Assembly (NCBI GenBank): GCA_963719945.1
Contig: CAVRDX010000001.1
Coordinates: 832,001 to 896,000 of the forward strand
Reading direction: 5' to 3'
Origin: an uncultured Thermoplasmata archaeon
GTDB lineage: Archaea > Thermoplasmatota > Thermoplasmata > UBA10834
Length of the DNA: 64,000 nucleotides
Part shown: one piece after another, positions 49,454 to 61,070 of the stretch
How the letters are laid out: each line of letters opens with the position of its first letter
How positions within the stretch are numbered: position 1 is the stretch's first letter
The notes under the pieces: generated by a model
Database searches by the model: none
Told to the model about the DNA's origin: nothing
Seen by the model: the letters and a program-made list of their open reading frames with translations, nothing else
Translations under genes and position numbers: made by a program

Positions 49454-50476
49454 ATGCCCACACAACATGCTCCGGTCAAGACCATGCTTCTGACAGGGAA
49501 GCAGGTCATGAAGCTCCTGGACATGAAGGACGTACTCGCAGCCGTCGAGAACGCCTTCAAGCACAAGGGGCTTGGAAAGGTTCAGATGCCGCCAAAAGCC
49601 TATCTTTTTTACGAGAAATTCGACGGCGACTTGAGAACGATGCCCTCGTATGTGGAGGACATGGATGTATCGGCTGTCAAGATCGTGAACGTGCACCCGC
49701 AGAATGCGAAGAACCACGGCATGAGGACCGTCATGGCCCTCCTTGTCCTGGTGGACCCGCACACGGGCGCCCCGCTCGCAGTCATGGACGCAACTCACAT
49801 CACCGACATGAGGACCGGTGGCGCGAGCGCGATAGCGTCCAAGTACCTTGCAAGGCCGAATCCGAAGATCGTAGGAATAATCGGCGCAGGCAACCAGGCG
49901 AAGACGCAGATGCTCGCGTTGATCACCCAGTTCGGCTCGTTCGACCAGGTCAAGGTATACGACCTGTACCCTGACAAGGCCAAGGAACGCGTCAGGGAGT
50001 TCAGGCGGAAGTACAAGGAGAACGTTCCGAAGATCAAGGCAGTGGCAACCGCCAAGGATGCGGTCGTCGACTCCGATATAATCGTCACATGCACATCGTC
50101 CCGCGCACCCATCGTCATGGACGAATGGGTCAAGGACGGAGCACATATCAACTGCATAGGCGCGGACGCGCCCGGGAAGCAGGAGATGGACCCGAAGGTG
50201 CTCAAGCGTGCTTACCTGGTAATAGACGACTGGGAGCAGGCCAGCCACTCGGGAGAGATCAACGTGCCCCTCACCAAGGGAGAGCTGACCCGTGAGGATG
50301 TCAATGCCGAGATAGGAGAGGTCGTCGCTGGGCTCAAGACGGGCAGGGCGAACGACGAGCAGGTGACCGTATTCTGCTCGACTGGCCTCGGCGTACAGGA
50401 TTCCCTGACCGCGAAGATCGTCTACGACATCGCGAAGAAGCAGGGGATCGGCCGTTCGATGCAGATCGTCCTGTGA
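49454..50476 (+). CDS. ala: Alanine dehydrogenase, archaeal OCD/mu-crystallin family
   Basis: MPPK.YL, GDLRTMP, KIVNVHP.N, TDMRTG, GAGNQA, IGADAPGKQE, STGLGVQD. Confidence 0.88.
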   Translation: MPTQHAPVKTMLLTGKQVMKLLDMKDVLAAVENAFKHKGLGKVQMPPKAYLFYEKFDGDLRTMPSYVEDMDVSAVKIVNVHPQNAKNHGMRTVMALLVLVDPHTGAPLAVMDATHITDMRTGGASAIASKYLARPNPKIVGIIGAGNQAKTQMLALITQFGSFDQVKVYDLYPDKAKERVREFRRKYKENVPKIKAVATAKDAVVDSDIIVTCTSSRAPIVMDEWVKDGAHINCIGADAPGKQEMDPKVLKRAYLVIDDWEQASHSGEINVPLTKGELTREDVNAEIGEVVAGLKTGRANDEQVTVFCSTGLGVQDSLTAKIVYDIAKKQGIGRSMQIVL

Positions 50477-50721
50477 ACCGACAACGGCGTAGAAGCCCCG
50501 CGTGTCTTCGAAAAACCTTCAACCCCTTTCCCTTGTTTTCATCTTTTCTGCCACCGACCTCCGGTTCGACTGGAACTCATAGCCAGTGTCAGAGAAATGG
50601 ATACCGTTAAGTGCGCACAATGGGATATCGCGCAACATCCTTGCGGACGACCCAATGAACTGATTCTTTCGGATGGGAGACTGCGGGATAGAGCGGCAAA
50701 GATGTTTAGGGGGAATGTGAA

Positions 50722-51861
50722 CTGAGAAAGAGCGTGATAGGGATAGCTGCGGCGATGCTGATGATCCTGCCCGCGCTGGTGTTCGCGACACCCGTGCGTG
50801 CAGAGGGAGACGCATGGACCGTGATGGTCTACATGGATGGGGACAATAGCCTCGAGAGCGCCGTCCCTGTGGATCTGGGAGAACTGGAAGCCGTAGGCTC
50901 GACCGCGGACGTGAACTTCGTCGTCCTGGCGGACACGCTGGATGGTCCAGCGTATCTGTACTATGTGAACCAGGGTGGCTCGACCGTGATAGCTTCGTGG
51001 GGTGAGGTCAACATGGCCGATCCCGCGACCCTGACGAGGTTCATCACGGACGCGAAGACGCTGTACCCGGCGAACAACTACGCGCTGGACTTCTGGAACC
51101 ACGGAGGAGGCATCATGGGCGTCTGCTGGGACGACACGTCCGGCGACAAGCTCACCATGCTCGAGATGAGGACGGCGATCGTGAACGGCGGCGTGAGCTT
51201 CGCGAACGTCTGGTTCGACGCGTGCAACATGGCGCAGGCGGAGATCGCCCACCAGTTCCAGGGATACGCCAGCTACATAGTGTTCAGCGAGCAGACCGTT
51301 TGGGGACAGGGCTTCCCGTACGACGCAATCGCGACGCAACTAGTAGCAAGCCCGGCGATGGACGGCAGGACTTTGTCGCTGATCGCGGCGGACGAGTTCA
51401 CGGTGTTCTATGCGGATCTTGGGTGGAACACGTGCACGATTAGCGTGTACGACATGGCGTACCTGACGACTGTGTCCGGAGCAGTGAATACTTTCGCCAG
51501 CGCGATGGTCTCGACGATGAGCCTGTACTACAAGACGTACAAGTCCTGCAGGGGTTCAGCCGAGGCGACAGCCGGAGCTGTCGATCTGATGGGCTTCGCG
51601 CAACTGGTGTCCGTGAACACGAAGCTCAGCACGACCGTGAGGAGCGCCGCGAGCGCGACTGTGACCGCCGTGGACCTGGCAATCATCTACGAGTGGCACT
51701 CGAAGGACTGCGCGGGCATGAACGGCCTCGGGATCTGGTACCCGACGAGTTCCGTATCGTACTACTGGAGCGCGTCGGTGGAGACCATGTACCGCGGGAT
51801 GCTGTTCGACACGGCCACGGGCTGGGCGAACTTCCTGGACGCGTACTACAACAAGGGATGA
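50722..51861 (+). CDS. Clostripain-related cysteine peptidase (C11), paralog 2
   Basis: Signal peptide; WTVMVYMDGDN, WNHGGG, FDACNM; probable CTG start (alternative GTG 50734). Confidence 0.92.
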   Translation: MRKSVIGIAAAMLMILPALVFATPVRAEGDAWTVMVYMDGDNSLESAVPVDLGELEAVGSTADVNFVVLADTLDGPAYLYYVNQGGSTVIASWGEVNMADPATLTRFITDAKTLYPANNYALDFWNHGGGIMGVCWDDTSGDKLTMLEMRTAIVNGGVSFANVWFDACNMAQAEIAHQFQGYASYIVFSEQTVWGQGFPYDAIATQLVASPAMDGRTLSLIAADEFTVFYADLGWNTCTISVYDMAYLTTVSGAVNTFASAMVSTMSLYYKTYKSCRGSAEATAGAVDLMGFAQLVSVNTKLSTTVRSAASATVTAVDLAIIYEWHSKDCAGMNGLGIWYPTSSVSYYWSASVETMYRGMLFDTATGWANFLDAYYNKG

Positions 51862-52058
51862 ACGCAGTTGGACAAACCCTTTCCCCATTTTTGATCATTC
51901 GATGCTCGGGCAAGCATACTGACCGTCGAGTACTTTCATGAATGAACTATAAGTCTAAAATGCTAGACATACGATGTGGGGGGTTATCCGGTCTTTCGAG
52001 CAGGTCAGTATTGCGCTCGAGACCTGGGAATCAAGAGATTGATGAGGGGGGAAAATAT

Positions 52059-53210
52059 CTGAGAAAGATAGCATTGGCATCATTGATGGCCGTGTTGATC
52101 GTGGTACCCGTCATGCTTGTCTCCGCGCCCGCACGTGCGGACGTGGTTCCGGACAGCTGGACGGTCATGGTCTACATGGACGGTGACAACAACGTGGAAT
52201 CGTACGCGCTCAGAGACCTTGCGGAACTCAAAATCGTTGGGTCCAGCGACAATGTGAACTATGTTGTCCTTCTGGACACGCTTGAAGGCCCCGCGGACCT
52301 CCTGTACGTGAACGAGGGAAGCACGACGGTCTTACAGGCGTGGGGAGAGGTCCCGATGGACGACCCGGCGACCCTGACGAGATTCATAGACACGGTCGAA
52401 GCTCTCTACCCGGCGACGAACTACTGTCTGGACATATGGGACCATGGCGGTGGCATCGCAGGCATATGCTGGGACGACACTTCAGGCATGAGCCAGTGCC
52501 TGACGATGGCCGAGCTCAGGACAGCGCTGGTCGATGCAGATTGCGTGTTTGACTCGATCGTGCTCAACGCATGCGTCATGGCGCAGGCAGAGGTCGCGCA
52601 CCAGATGAACGGGTACGCCGATTACATGGTCTTCAGCCAGCTGAACATGTACGCCCTCGGGTTCCCGTACGACATCGTCGCAGCCAACCTGAACGCCGAG
52701 CCGACGATGGACGGCAGGGCGCTCTCGTTGATGATGGTGGAAGAGTACACTGTATACTACCAGGCGATAGGCTACAAGGATGTCACCATCAGCGTGTTCG
52801 ACATGGCGTATCTCGGAGGACTCGCGAACGCGGTCAAGGACTTCGCGAGCTCACAGATAGCGGCCATGGGCACATACCAGAAGGGATTCAAGTTCGCGAG
52901 GATGGACACCGAATCGGCGTCCAACGCGGCTGACATCATCGGGTATGCCGAGAACGTCATCGCGAGCGACAAGATCCTCGACCAGAACGTGAAGAATGCG
53001 GCTCAAGCGGTCATATTCGCTGTCGATGCGGCTATCATAGCTGAATGGCACAGCAGCGATGTAGAAGGCATGAACGGCCTGGGCATCTGGTTCCCGACCA
53101 AGTCCGTGACATACTACTGGGGCGACACCTACGAAGCCAGGTACAGGGCCCTGACATGGGATGCGGCCACTGGTTGGGCGAACTTCCTCGATGCGTACTA
53201 CGCGAAGTAA
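52059..53210 (+). CDS. Clostripain-related cysteine peptidase (C11), paralog 3
   Basis: Signal peptide; WTVMVYMDGDNN, WDHGGG, LNACVM; probable CTG start. Confidence 0.92.
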   Translation: MRKIALASLMAVLIVVPVMLVSAPARADVVPDSWTVMVYMDGDNNVESYALRDLAELKIVGSSDNVNYVVLLDTLEGPADLLYVNEGSTTVLQAWGEVPMDDPATLTRFIDTVEALYPATNYCLDIWDHGGGIAGICWDDTSGMSQCLTMAELRTALVDADCVFDSIVLNACVMAQAEVAHQMNGYADYMVFSQLNMYALGFPYDIVAANLNAEPTMDGRALSLMMVEEYTVYYQAIGYKDVTISVFDMAYLGGLANAVKDFASSQIAAMGTYQKGFKFARMDTESASNAADIIGYAENVIASDKILDQNVKNAAQAVIFAVDAAIIAEWHSSDVEGMNGLGIWFPTKSVTYYWGDTYEARYRALTWDAATGWANFLDAYYAK

Positions 53211-53273
53211 GGCCCAGATCGCGACAGACCAAAACCCTTTTCGAAACCCATTTTCCCACCATACTCTTTTTAG

Positions 53274-55627
<2,354 letters not shown>

Positions 55628-55634
55628 CGAAGCA

Positions 55635-56090
55635 TCACTCGACCTGGAGCGCAGCCTTTGAGAGTGTGTAGTGCCACGTCTCTGGGATAACGCCTTCCCG
55701 CTTGTAATACTTCACGAGCCTGCGTATCTTCGATTCTATGAGCATCAATCCTCGGGCGTTGTGAAGGTCCTTCTTGTTGGTCTTCAGGTGCCCGCTGAGA
55801 GAGACTGCCCCGCGCATCAAGCAGGCCAGATCCTCTGGCAGCTCGAACTTGATGCCCTTCTCGGTGCATATCTCCTTCATGCTCATCCCGGTCGCGAGCC
55901 TCACGTTCGGTATGGCGTGCTGGTCTCTGAGGATAAGGCCGATCTTGGCCATAGAAACGCCTTCGCCTGCCATCTTGGCCACAAGTTCCTTGATCTCTTC
56001 TGGCGACTGCTGAACCCATGTGGGATTCTTTGCCATCACGGGGCGCTTCGAACCCGAAGACCCCCTTCTGCTGCTGTGCATCCTTGACAT
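55635..56090 (-). CDS. rps15: 30S ribosomal protein S15P (uS15)
   Basis: MSRMHS.RRG.SGS.RP, IG.ILRD, PEDL, IESKIRRLVKYY. Confidence 0.97.
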   Translation of the reverse strand: MSRMHSSRRGSSGSKRPVMAKNPTWVQQSPEEIKELVAKMAGEGVSMAKIGLILRDQHAIPNVRLATGMSMKEICTEKGIKFELPEDLACLMRGAVSLSGHLKTNKKDLHNARGLMLIESKIRRLVKYYKREGVIPETWHYTLSKAALQVE

Positions 56091-56106
56091 CGTCGATCTA
56101 CTCCGA

Positions 56107-56514
56107 TTATGGTTTGACCTGTGGCGAGGCAGTGCCGTTTATACCCTTCCTTCTTTTAAAGCTTTCTACCGTTCCGCTAGCAATGGCCACCATCTCCCTG
56201 TATTCCACCGCGGGGAACGACAGGTCGTTCGGAAGCTGCTCGAATGCCCTCACCTCGACTATCTCGTGCGGTCGGGTGCAGGTGGGATTTCCATCGGCGA
56301 TGCCTGCGAACACGGTGCCTCCGTCGACCGCTATCGCACCGGCGATGGTCAGGGACATGCCGGTCTCCTCGAGGAACTCGCGTTTCGCTGCTGCCTCCGG
56401 GGTCTCGCCAGGTTCGATCCCACCACCGGGCATCTCCCACGCCCGTCGGCTGTGCCGTACCATGACGAACGAATCATCGATGAACGCGATGACATACACG
56501 AACGGCTCGGCCAA
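56107..56514 (-). CDS. NUDIX hydrolase
   Basis: [27 protein letters not shown]. Confidence 0.92.
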   Translation of the reverse strand: MAEPFVYVIAFIDDSFVMVRHSRRAWEMPGGGIEPGETPEAAAKREFLEETGMSLTIAGAIAVDGGTVFAGIADGNPTCTRPHEIVEVRAFEQLPNDLSFPAVEYREMVAIASGTVESFKRRKGINGTASPQVKP

Positions 56515-56520
56515 AGGATA

Positions 56521-57195
56521 TCACGCCTCTATGATGAAGGCTGCGTGGTCTTTTGAGTAATCGTCGAGCCTCATCATGGCCTTGATCGTCATGCCTTTCG
56601 ACAAGAGCTCCTTCCGCACCTCTTCGTACACGGACCCGGGATCCCTGTTGACGTCCACGCTCCTGGACTTGATCATCAGTATGCCACGCTTCGCGCCGAA
56701 GTGCTTCATGTTGCGTACGAATATCTCCGCCTGGTCCCTCTGTGCGATATCCTGGTAAATGAAATCCACATCTTCGACCATGTGTGCGTAATCCTCCGGC
56801 CTTGAGGCGTCCGCCATGATAGGCACCATGTTCTTCCTGGTCTCGCACACGCCCACCAAGTCCCTGAACGACCGTTGTGAGAACTCCACGCAGAAAACGA
56901 ATCCATCCTTCACGATATCGGACACGTGCGACGCGGTGGTTCCGGACGCTGCCCCGAGATAGAGCACCCTGGAAGAAACCTCCAGCCCGAAATCCTTCGC
57001 CCCCATGAGTATCATCGCAGCCAGCTTGGATCGGTCAGGGTCCCACGCCCTGTACTGGGTCATCCCGAACTCCACCAACCGCTCGCCATACACGCTCTTG
57101 TCTAGCGCGCCGTTGATGGTCACGAGGGTTCTGCCAGTCGTGTACGCTCCGGGAACTCCGTCGACCTGTTTGAAAGGATTTTGGAATGTGGCCAT
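56521..57195 (-). CDS. flpA: Fibrillarin-like rRNA/tRNA 2'-O-methyltransferase
   Basis: VYGE, YRAWDP.RSKLAA, LYLGAASGTT.SH, YQDIAQ.DQ. Confidence 0.96.
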   Translation of the reverse strand: MATFQNPFKQVDGVPGAYTTGRTLVTINGALDKSVYGERLVEFGMTQYRAWDPDRSKLAAMILMGAKDFGLEVSSRVLYLGAASGTTASHVSDIVKDGFVFCVEFSQRSFRDLVGVCETRKNMVPIMADASRPEDYAHMVEDVDFIYQDIAQRDQAEIFVRNMKHFGAKRGILMIKSRSVDVNRDPGSVYEEVRKELLSKGMTIKAMMRLDDYSKDHAAFIIEA

Positions 57196-57255
57196 GTAAA
57201 GGCCTATGCACAACCAAATAAAAGAGTTATATGCCAAACATCATACAATCATGCG

Positions 57256-57738
57256 ATGGCGGAAGAGGACCTCAAGGAGCAGATAACCTCGCTCTCGCAG
57301 AAGATGGAGAGCCTGGAAGAATCTGTGAGGATGGTCGCTGGACCGTACTCGCAGCTCGTGGAATACATCGAACGGTTCCAGAAGATCTCCTCGAGCTACT
57401 TCCGCCTGATAGACCTCTATCAACGGTACGGCGAGATATCCCCCGACCTGCTGGTGCCTGGGGTGAAGGATTCCATATCGAAGGAGGTCGTCAAGATACT
57501 CTTCGAGAGGGACGGGCAGAACATATCACAGATAACCGAGAAGCTCAAGGACAGGAGGGGGAGCTCCTCGCGCAGGATCGTCAGGGAGCGTCTGAAGATG
57601 CTCGAGGCGAAGGGCGTGGTCCAAGCCAAGGGGAGCTCGAGGGCGAAGACCTACTGGCTCACAGAAGAGTATGTGAAGAAATGGTACGACCTGCTCGGTG
57701 TCGGGTCAGGGAAGCCCAACGATGGCAAGAAAGATTGA
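57256..57738 (+). CDS. Coiled-coil plus winged-helix transcriptional regulator
   Basis: NISQIT..LK..RGSSSRRIVRERL..LE.KGVV. Confidence 0.78.
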   Translation: MAEEDLKEQITSLSQKMESLEESVRMVAGPYSQLVEYIERFQKISSSYFRLIDLYQRYGEISPDLLVPGVKDSISKEVVKILFERDGQNISQITEKLKDRRGSSSRRIVRERLKMLEAKGVVQAKGSSRAKTYWLTEEYVKKWYDLLGVGSGKPNDGKKD

Positions 57739-57831
57739 GTGTCGGCCACTTTTTTCCAGTCGAGTAATATACTGATATCAATCATTATTAGACCACAATG
57801 GGCAGGAGAATGCTCAGAATAGGTGACCAAA

Positions 57832-58176
57832 ATGGGAGATGACATGAGCCCGCAAGAGATCAAGGAGCTCCTGCAGGCAGTAGGGACTGAGATACCGAAA
57901 CTGATTGAATCGATCATGAAGACTATGTACAACGCGGAGAACGCCGATAACATGGCGAAGGCCGTCGCGCAGTTCTACAAGTCCATGAAGGACGCGGGGA
58001 TGGACGACAAGCAGGCATACGACCTGACCCAGCAGTTCATGTCCAGCTTCAACCTCGGCGGGATCATATCGAAGGCGATCGACAGCGGGGACGACACCGA
58101 GGGCTTGTCGGAAAGGATAGAAGAGATGGAAGAGAGACTCGAGAAGAGGCTCAAGAAGCTGGATAAGGATGACTGA
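57832..58176 (+). CDS. Hypothetical acidic helical protein
   Basis: AGGTGA SD; FYKSMKDAGM....A..LT. Confidence 0.75.
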   Translation: MGDDMSPQEIKELLQAVGTEIPKLIESIMKTMYNAENADNMAKAVAQFYKSMKDAGMDDKQAYDLTQQFMSSFNLGGIISKAIDSGDDTEGLSERIEEMEERLEKRLKKLDKDD

Positions 58177-58450
58177 GATGGACAAGGACAGAGGGGATCT
58201 GCCGAAGATCGTCGCCACGGTCGGCGTGAAGGTCCCTGGGCTGATGCTGAGGTTCGGGGTCGCATACCTGAGGATGAAGAGAGACTCGAACAGAGCGTCC
58301 AAGAGGTTCACTAGCAGGTTGGAGCGTGAGGGCATACCCCCGGAGCTTGCGAAGAAGCTGGGGGAGTCCTACGGCTCCGAGCTCAGCATCAGGAAGATCT
58401 TGTCCGGAGGGAAAGGCCTCTCACTCGTATCTTCTTTCAAGGATCGGTAG
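58169..58450 (+). CDS. Hypothetical basic helical protein
   Basis: Overlaps the upstream stop; F...L..EG.P.ELA..L...Y. Confidence 0.7.
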   Translation: MTEMDKDRGDLPKIVATVGVKVPGLMLRFGVAYLRMKRDSNRASKRFTSRLEREGIPPELAKKLGESYGSELSIRKILSGGKGLSLVSSFKDR

Positions 58451-58489
58451 CTGAGCCAGGAAAATAATATAGTCGTAGCGTCTGATACG

Positions 58490-59269
58490 ATGGTTGTGAA
58501 AGCCGTCCTGAACAAGATCGCGAACGAGATAATGGAGAAGTACCGCGGGCTGCCAAAGGATTTCGCAGGGCACATAGCGGTCGGCAAGGGCGCGAGCGGT
58601 TCCGACACGTCCAAGATAGACAAGTTCGCGGAGGACGCCGTCTTTGAGTTCCTGGACAGGGAGGACGTGAAGATAAACGTCCTCAGCGAGGAGATAGGGT
58701 TCGTAGACAGGGGAGCCGATAAGGTGCTCATCCTGGACCCTATAGACGGCACTGTGAACTGTGTTCGGGGCATTCCGTTCTTTTCCATATCGATGGCAGT
58801 CGCCACCAAATCCATGAGCGACGCCGACCACGCACTCGTGAAGAACCTGTACACGGGCGACACATACTACGCACGGAGAGGAGGAGGCGCGGACCTGAAC
58901 GGACACAGGATAGGAGTCTCGAAGTACAACAGGAACGATTCCGTGTTCCTCATGTTCGACGGCAGGGATGCAGCGCCCGAATCGGCCAAGGTGAAGGAGC
59001 TGGCTACAAGGGTGCGTACGATGGGCTGCGCGTCCCTGGAGATGTGCCTCGTGGCGCAGGGCGCGGTCCAGGCGCATTACATGAACTGCCTGAGACACGA
59101 GCGTAAGATCAGGATTGTGGACATCGCCGCGAGCACGCTCATACTGCGCGAAGCCGGTGGAGACGTGTGCGACCTGAAAGGTAAGAGGCTGGACATGGAG
59201 CTTACCCTGGACGACAGGAGGAATTTCCTCGCGTACGGGGACCCAAAGATCAAGGAGCTGGTCTTGTGA
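58490..59269 (+). CDS. Inositol monophosphatase/FBPase family (probable NADP(H) phosphatase role)
   Basis: SEE, LDPIDGT.N, R.MGCASL, DIAAS.LI.REAGG. Confidence 0.9.
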   Translation: MVVKAVLNKIANEIMEKYRGLPKDFAGHIAVGKGASGSDTSKIDKFAEDAVFEFLDREDVKINVLSEEIGFVDRGADKVLILDPIDGTVNCVRGIPFFSISMAVATKSMSDADHALVKNLYTGDTYYARRGGGADLNGHRIGVSKYNRNDSVFLMFDGRDAAPESAKVKELATRVRTMGCASLEMCLVAQGAVQAHYMNCLRHERKIRIVDIAASTLILREAGGDVCDLKGKRLDMELTLDDRRNFLAYGDPKIKELVL

Positions 59270-60093
59270 GAATCGGTATTGTAGGCACTCCCGAACTCGA
59301 GAATTTCAAGGGCGTGGCAGAGAAGGTGTTGAAGGAGCTCAAGGGCCAAGACATCGTGTTCGAGGAGAACACCGCGAAGGCGCTGGGAAAGAAAGGGATA
59401 CCATTGGGCATAATCGATGCCGACTTCCTCATATCCATAGGCGGGGACGGCACCATATTGAGGACTCTTCAGAGGAGCAGCCTGCCCATCCTGGGCGTGA
59501 ACGCGGGCGTGCTCGGCTTCCTGACGGAGATAGAGCCCAAGGAGATACCGGCGTCGTTCAAGCAGCTGCTCAAGGGAGAGTTCACGGTCGAGAAGAGGGC
59601 GAAGCTCAAGATCGTATGCAACGGAAAGAGGCTCATGGACGCCACGAACGAGGCGGTCATACATACGGCACATATCGCGAAGATGCGGCAGTTCGTGATA
59701 TCCGTTGATGGCATGCCCGCGACGAGCATGCGCGCAGACGGCATCATAATCGCCACAGCAACCGGCTCGACCTGTTACGCGATGAGCGTCGGCTCGTCTA
59801 TCATAGACCCGAGGGTGCAGGCTCTCGTGATAGCGCCTATCGCGCCGTTCAGACTATCCGCCCGGCCGCTCGTGGTCCCTGCCAAGAGCCATGTGGCCGT
59901 GACGGTCCACGACCCTATGCCTTGCATCATGGTGCTGGACGGACAGGAGGAGCAGATGTTGACGGGCAAGGAGAAGATGACTTTCACATCGTCCGAGCAC
60001 AACGCCAAGTTCGTGATACTCCGGAGCGAGTTCTACAAGAACCTCGAGGAGAAGCTCATGGCATCCTCACCGCTTGTAGGGCACAGACATTGA
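59266..60093 (+). CDS. nadK: NAD kinase
   Basis: GGDGT.L, GVNAG.LGFL, NE, DGII.ATATGSTCY.MS. Confidence 0.94.
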   Translation: MRIGIVGTPELENFKGVAEKVLKELKGQDIVFEENTAKALGKKGIPLGIIDADFLISIGGDGTILRTLQRSSLPILGVNAGVLGFLTEIEPKEIPASFKQLLKGEFTVEKRAKLKIVCNGKRLMDATNEAVIHTAHIAKMRQFVISVDGMPATSMRADGIIIATATGSTCYAMSVGSSIIDPRVQALVIAPIAPFRLSARPLVVPAKSHVAVTVHDPMPCIMVLDGQEEQMLTGKEKMTFTSSEHNAKFVILRSEFYKNLEEKLMASSPLVGHRH

Positions 60094-60105
60094 CGACATT
60101 ATAGA

Positions 60106-60654
60106 GTGGTTCATGAGATGCGCACGCTAGCAGTGACCGCCAACAGGTTGCCATATCCGAAGATATGGTTCGTGATCAGCACGATCGTGATCGCGATCAT
60201 CGTATCCGCCATGATATACCTGGCGTTCGATTCGCTCGAGACTTTCACCAGGTACTTCTGGATAGCCGCAGCGATACTGGTCGGCGTGCCTCTCTTCCTC
60301 TTGCACATACCACCGATATTCACGGACCACTACCAGGGAGAGAAGGGATTGAGGCTCAGGATGGGGCTGTTGATGAACTCCACGGTACCGTATGATTGGA
60401 TCAAGGGAGTATCGGACGCCACAGTCAGGTTCGGAAGCGTGAGGATAGGCATCGGCGTGAAGTACGCCCCCAAGCTGAAGACAGTGTTCGTCACATCATC
60501 CTTCGACGACCTCGTCACTCTGCACCTGGACGGACCGAGGAACCTCGGAGGCATCATGAGGCCGGATGTGGAGAAGATAATCTTGAGCGTGAAGGACAAG
60601 GAGCATTTCGTATCATCGGTCAAGGCAAGGGCGGGCATAATCGAGGAGGAATGA
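60106..60654 (+). CDS. Hypothetical membrane protein (two TMs plus a PH-like domain)
   Basis: Two TMs followed by a beta-rich domain. Confidence 0.7.
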   Translation: MVHEMRTLAVTANRLPYPKIWFVISTIVIAIIVSAMIYLAFDSLETFTRYFWIAAAILVGVPLFLLHIPPIFTDHYQGEKGLRLRMGLLMNSTVPYDWIKGVSDATVRFGSVRIGIGVKYAPKLKTVFVTSSFDDLVTLHLDGPRNLGGIMRPDVEKIILSVKDKEHFVSSVKARAGIIEEE

Positions 60655-61058
60655 GCACGCCGCTGTTCGACTTCACGAAGAATAGGCAGCAGGTCAAGTC
60701 CATCAGGAAGCGTACCCTGAAGATGATACTGGAAGCGTCCAAGTCCAGCTATCCCAACGAGTTCGGGGCGATCCTGAGAGCGGAGAAGGGCGTCATCACC
60801 GAACTCATACTGCTGCCGGGCACGATATCCGGTGAGAGGTCCGCGCTTTTCAAATTGCACATGCTGCCCGTTGATTCATCAGTCGTAGGCACTGTGCATT
60901 CGCACCCCTCTGGTAGCTGCAGACCTTCGGATGCTGATCTTGACCTATTCAGAAGGTTTGGATACTGCCACATAATCGCGTGCGAGCCATATGACATGAA
61001 GAGCTGGGCGTGCTACGACGGCTTTGGCGACAGAAGACCCCTTGAAATCGTCAAGTGA
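60651..61058 (+). CDS. JAB1/MPN (JAMM) metalloprotease
   Basis: PNE...L, GTVHSHPS...PS.AD. Confidence 0.9.
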   Translation: MSTPLFDFTKNRQQVKSIRKRTLKMILEASKSSYPNEFGAILRAEKGVITELILLPGTISGERSALFKLHMLPVDSSVVGTVHSHPSGSCRPSDADLDLFRRFGYCHIIACEPYDMKSWACYDGFGDRRPLEIVK

Positions 61059-61070
61059 GCGTGGGTCGGG

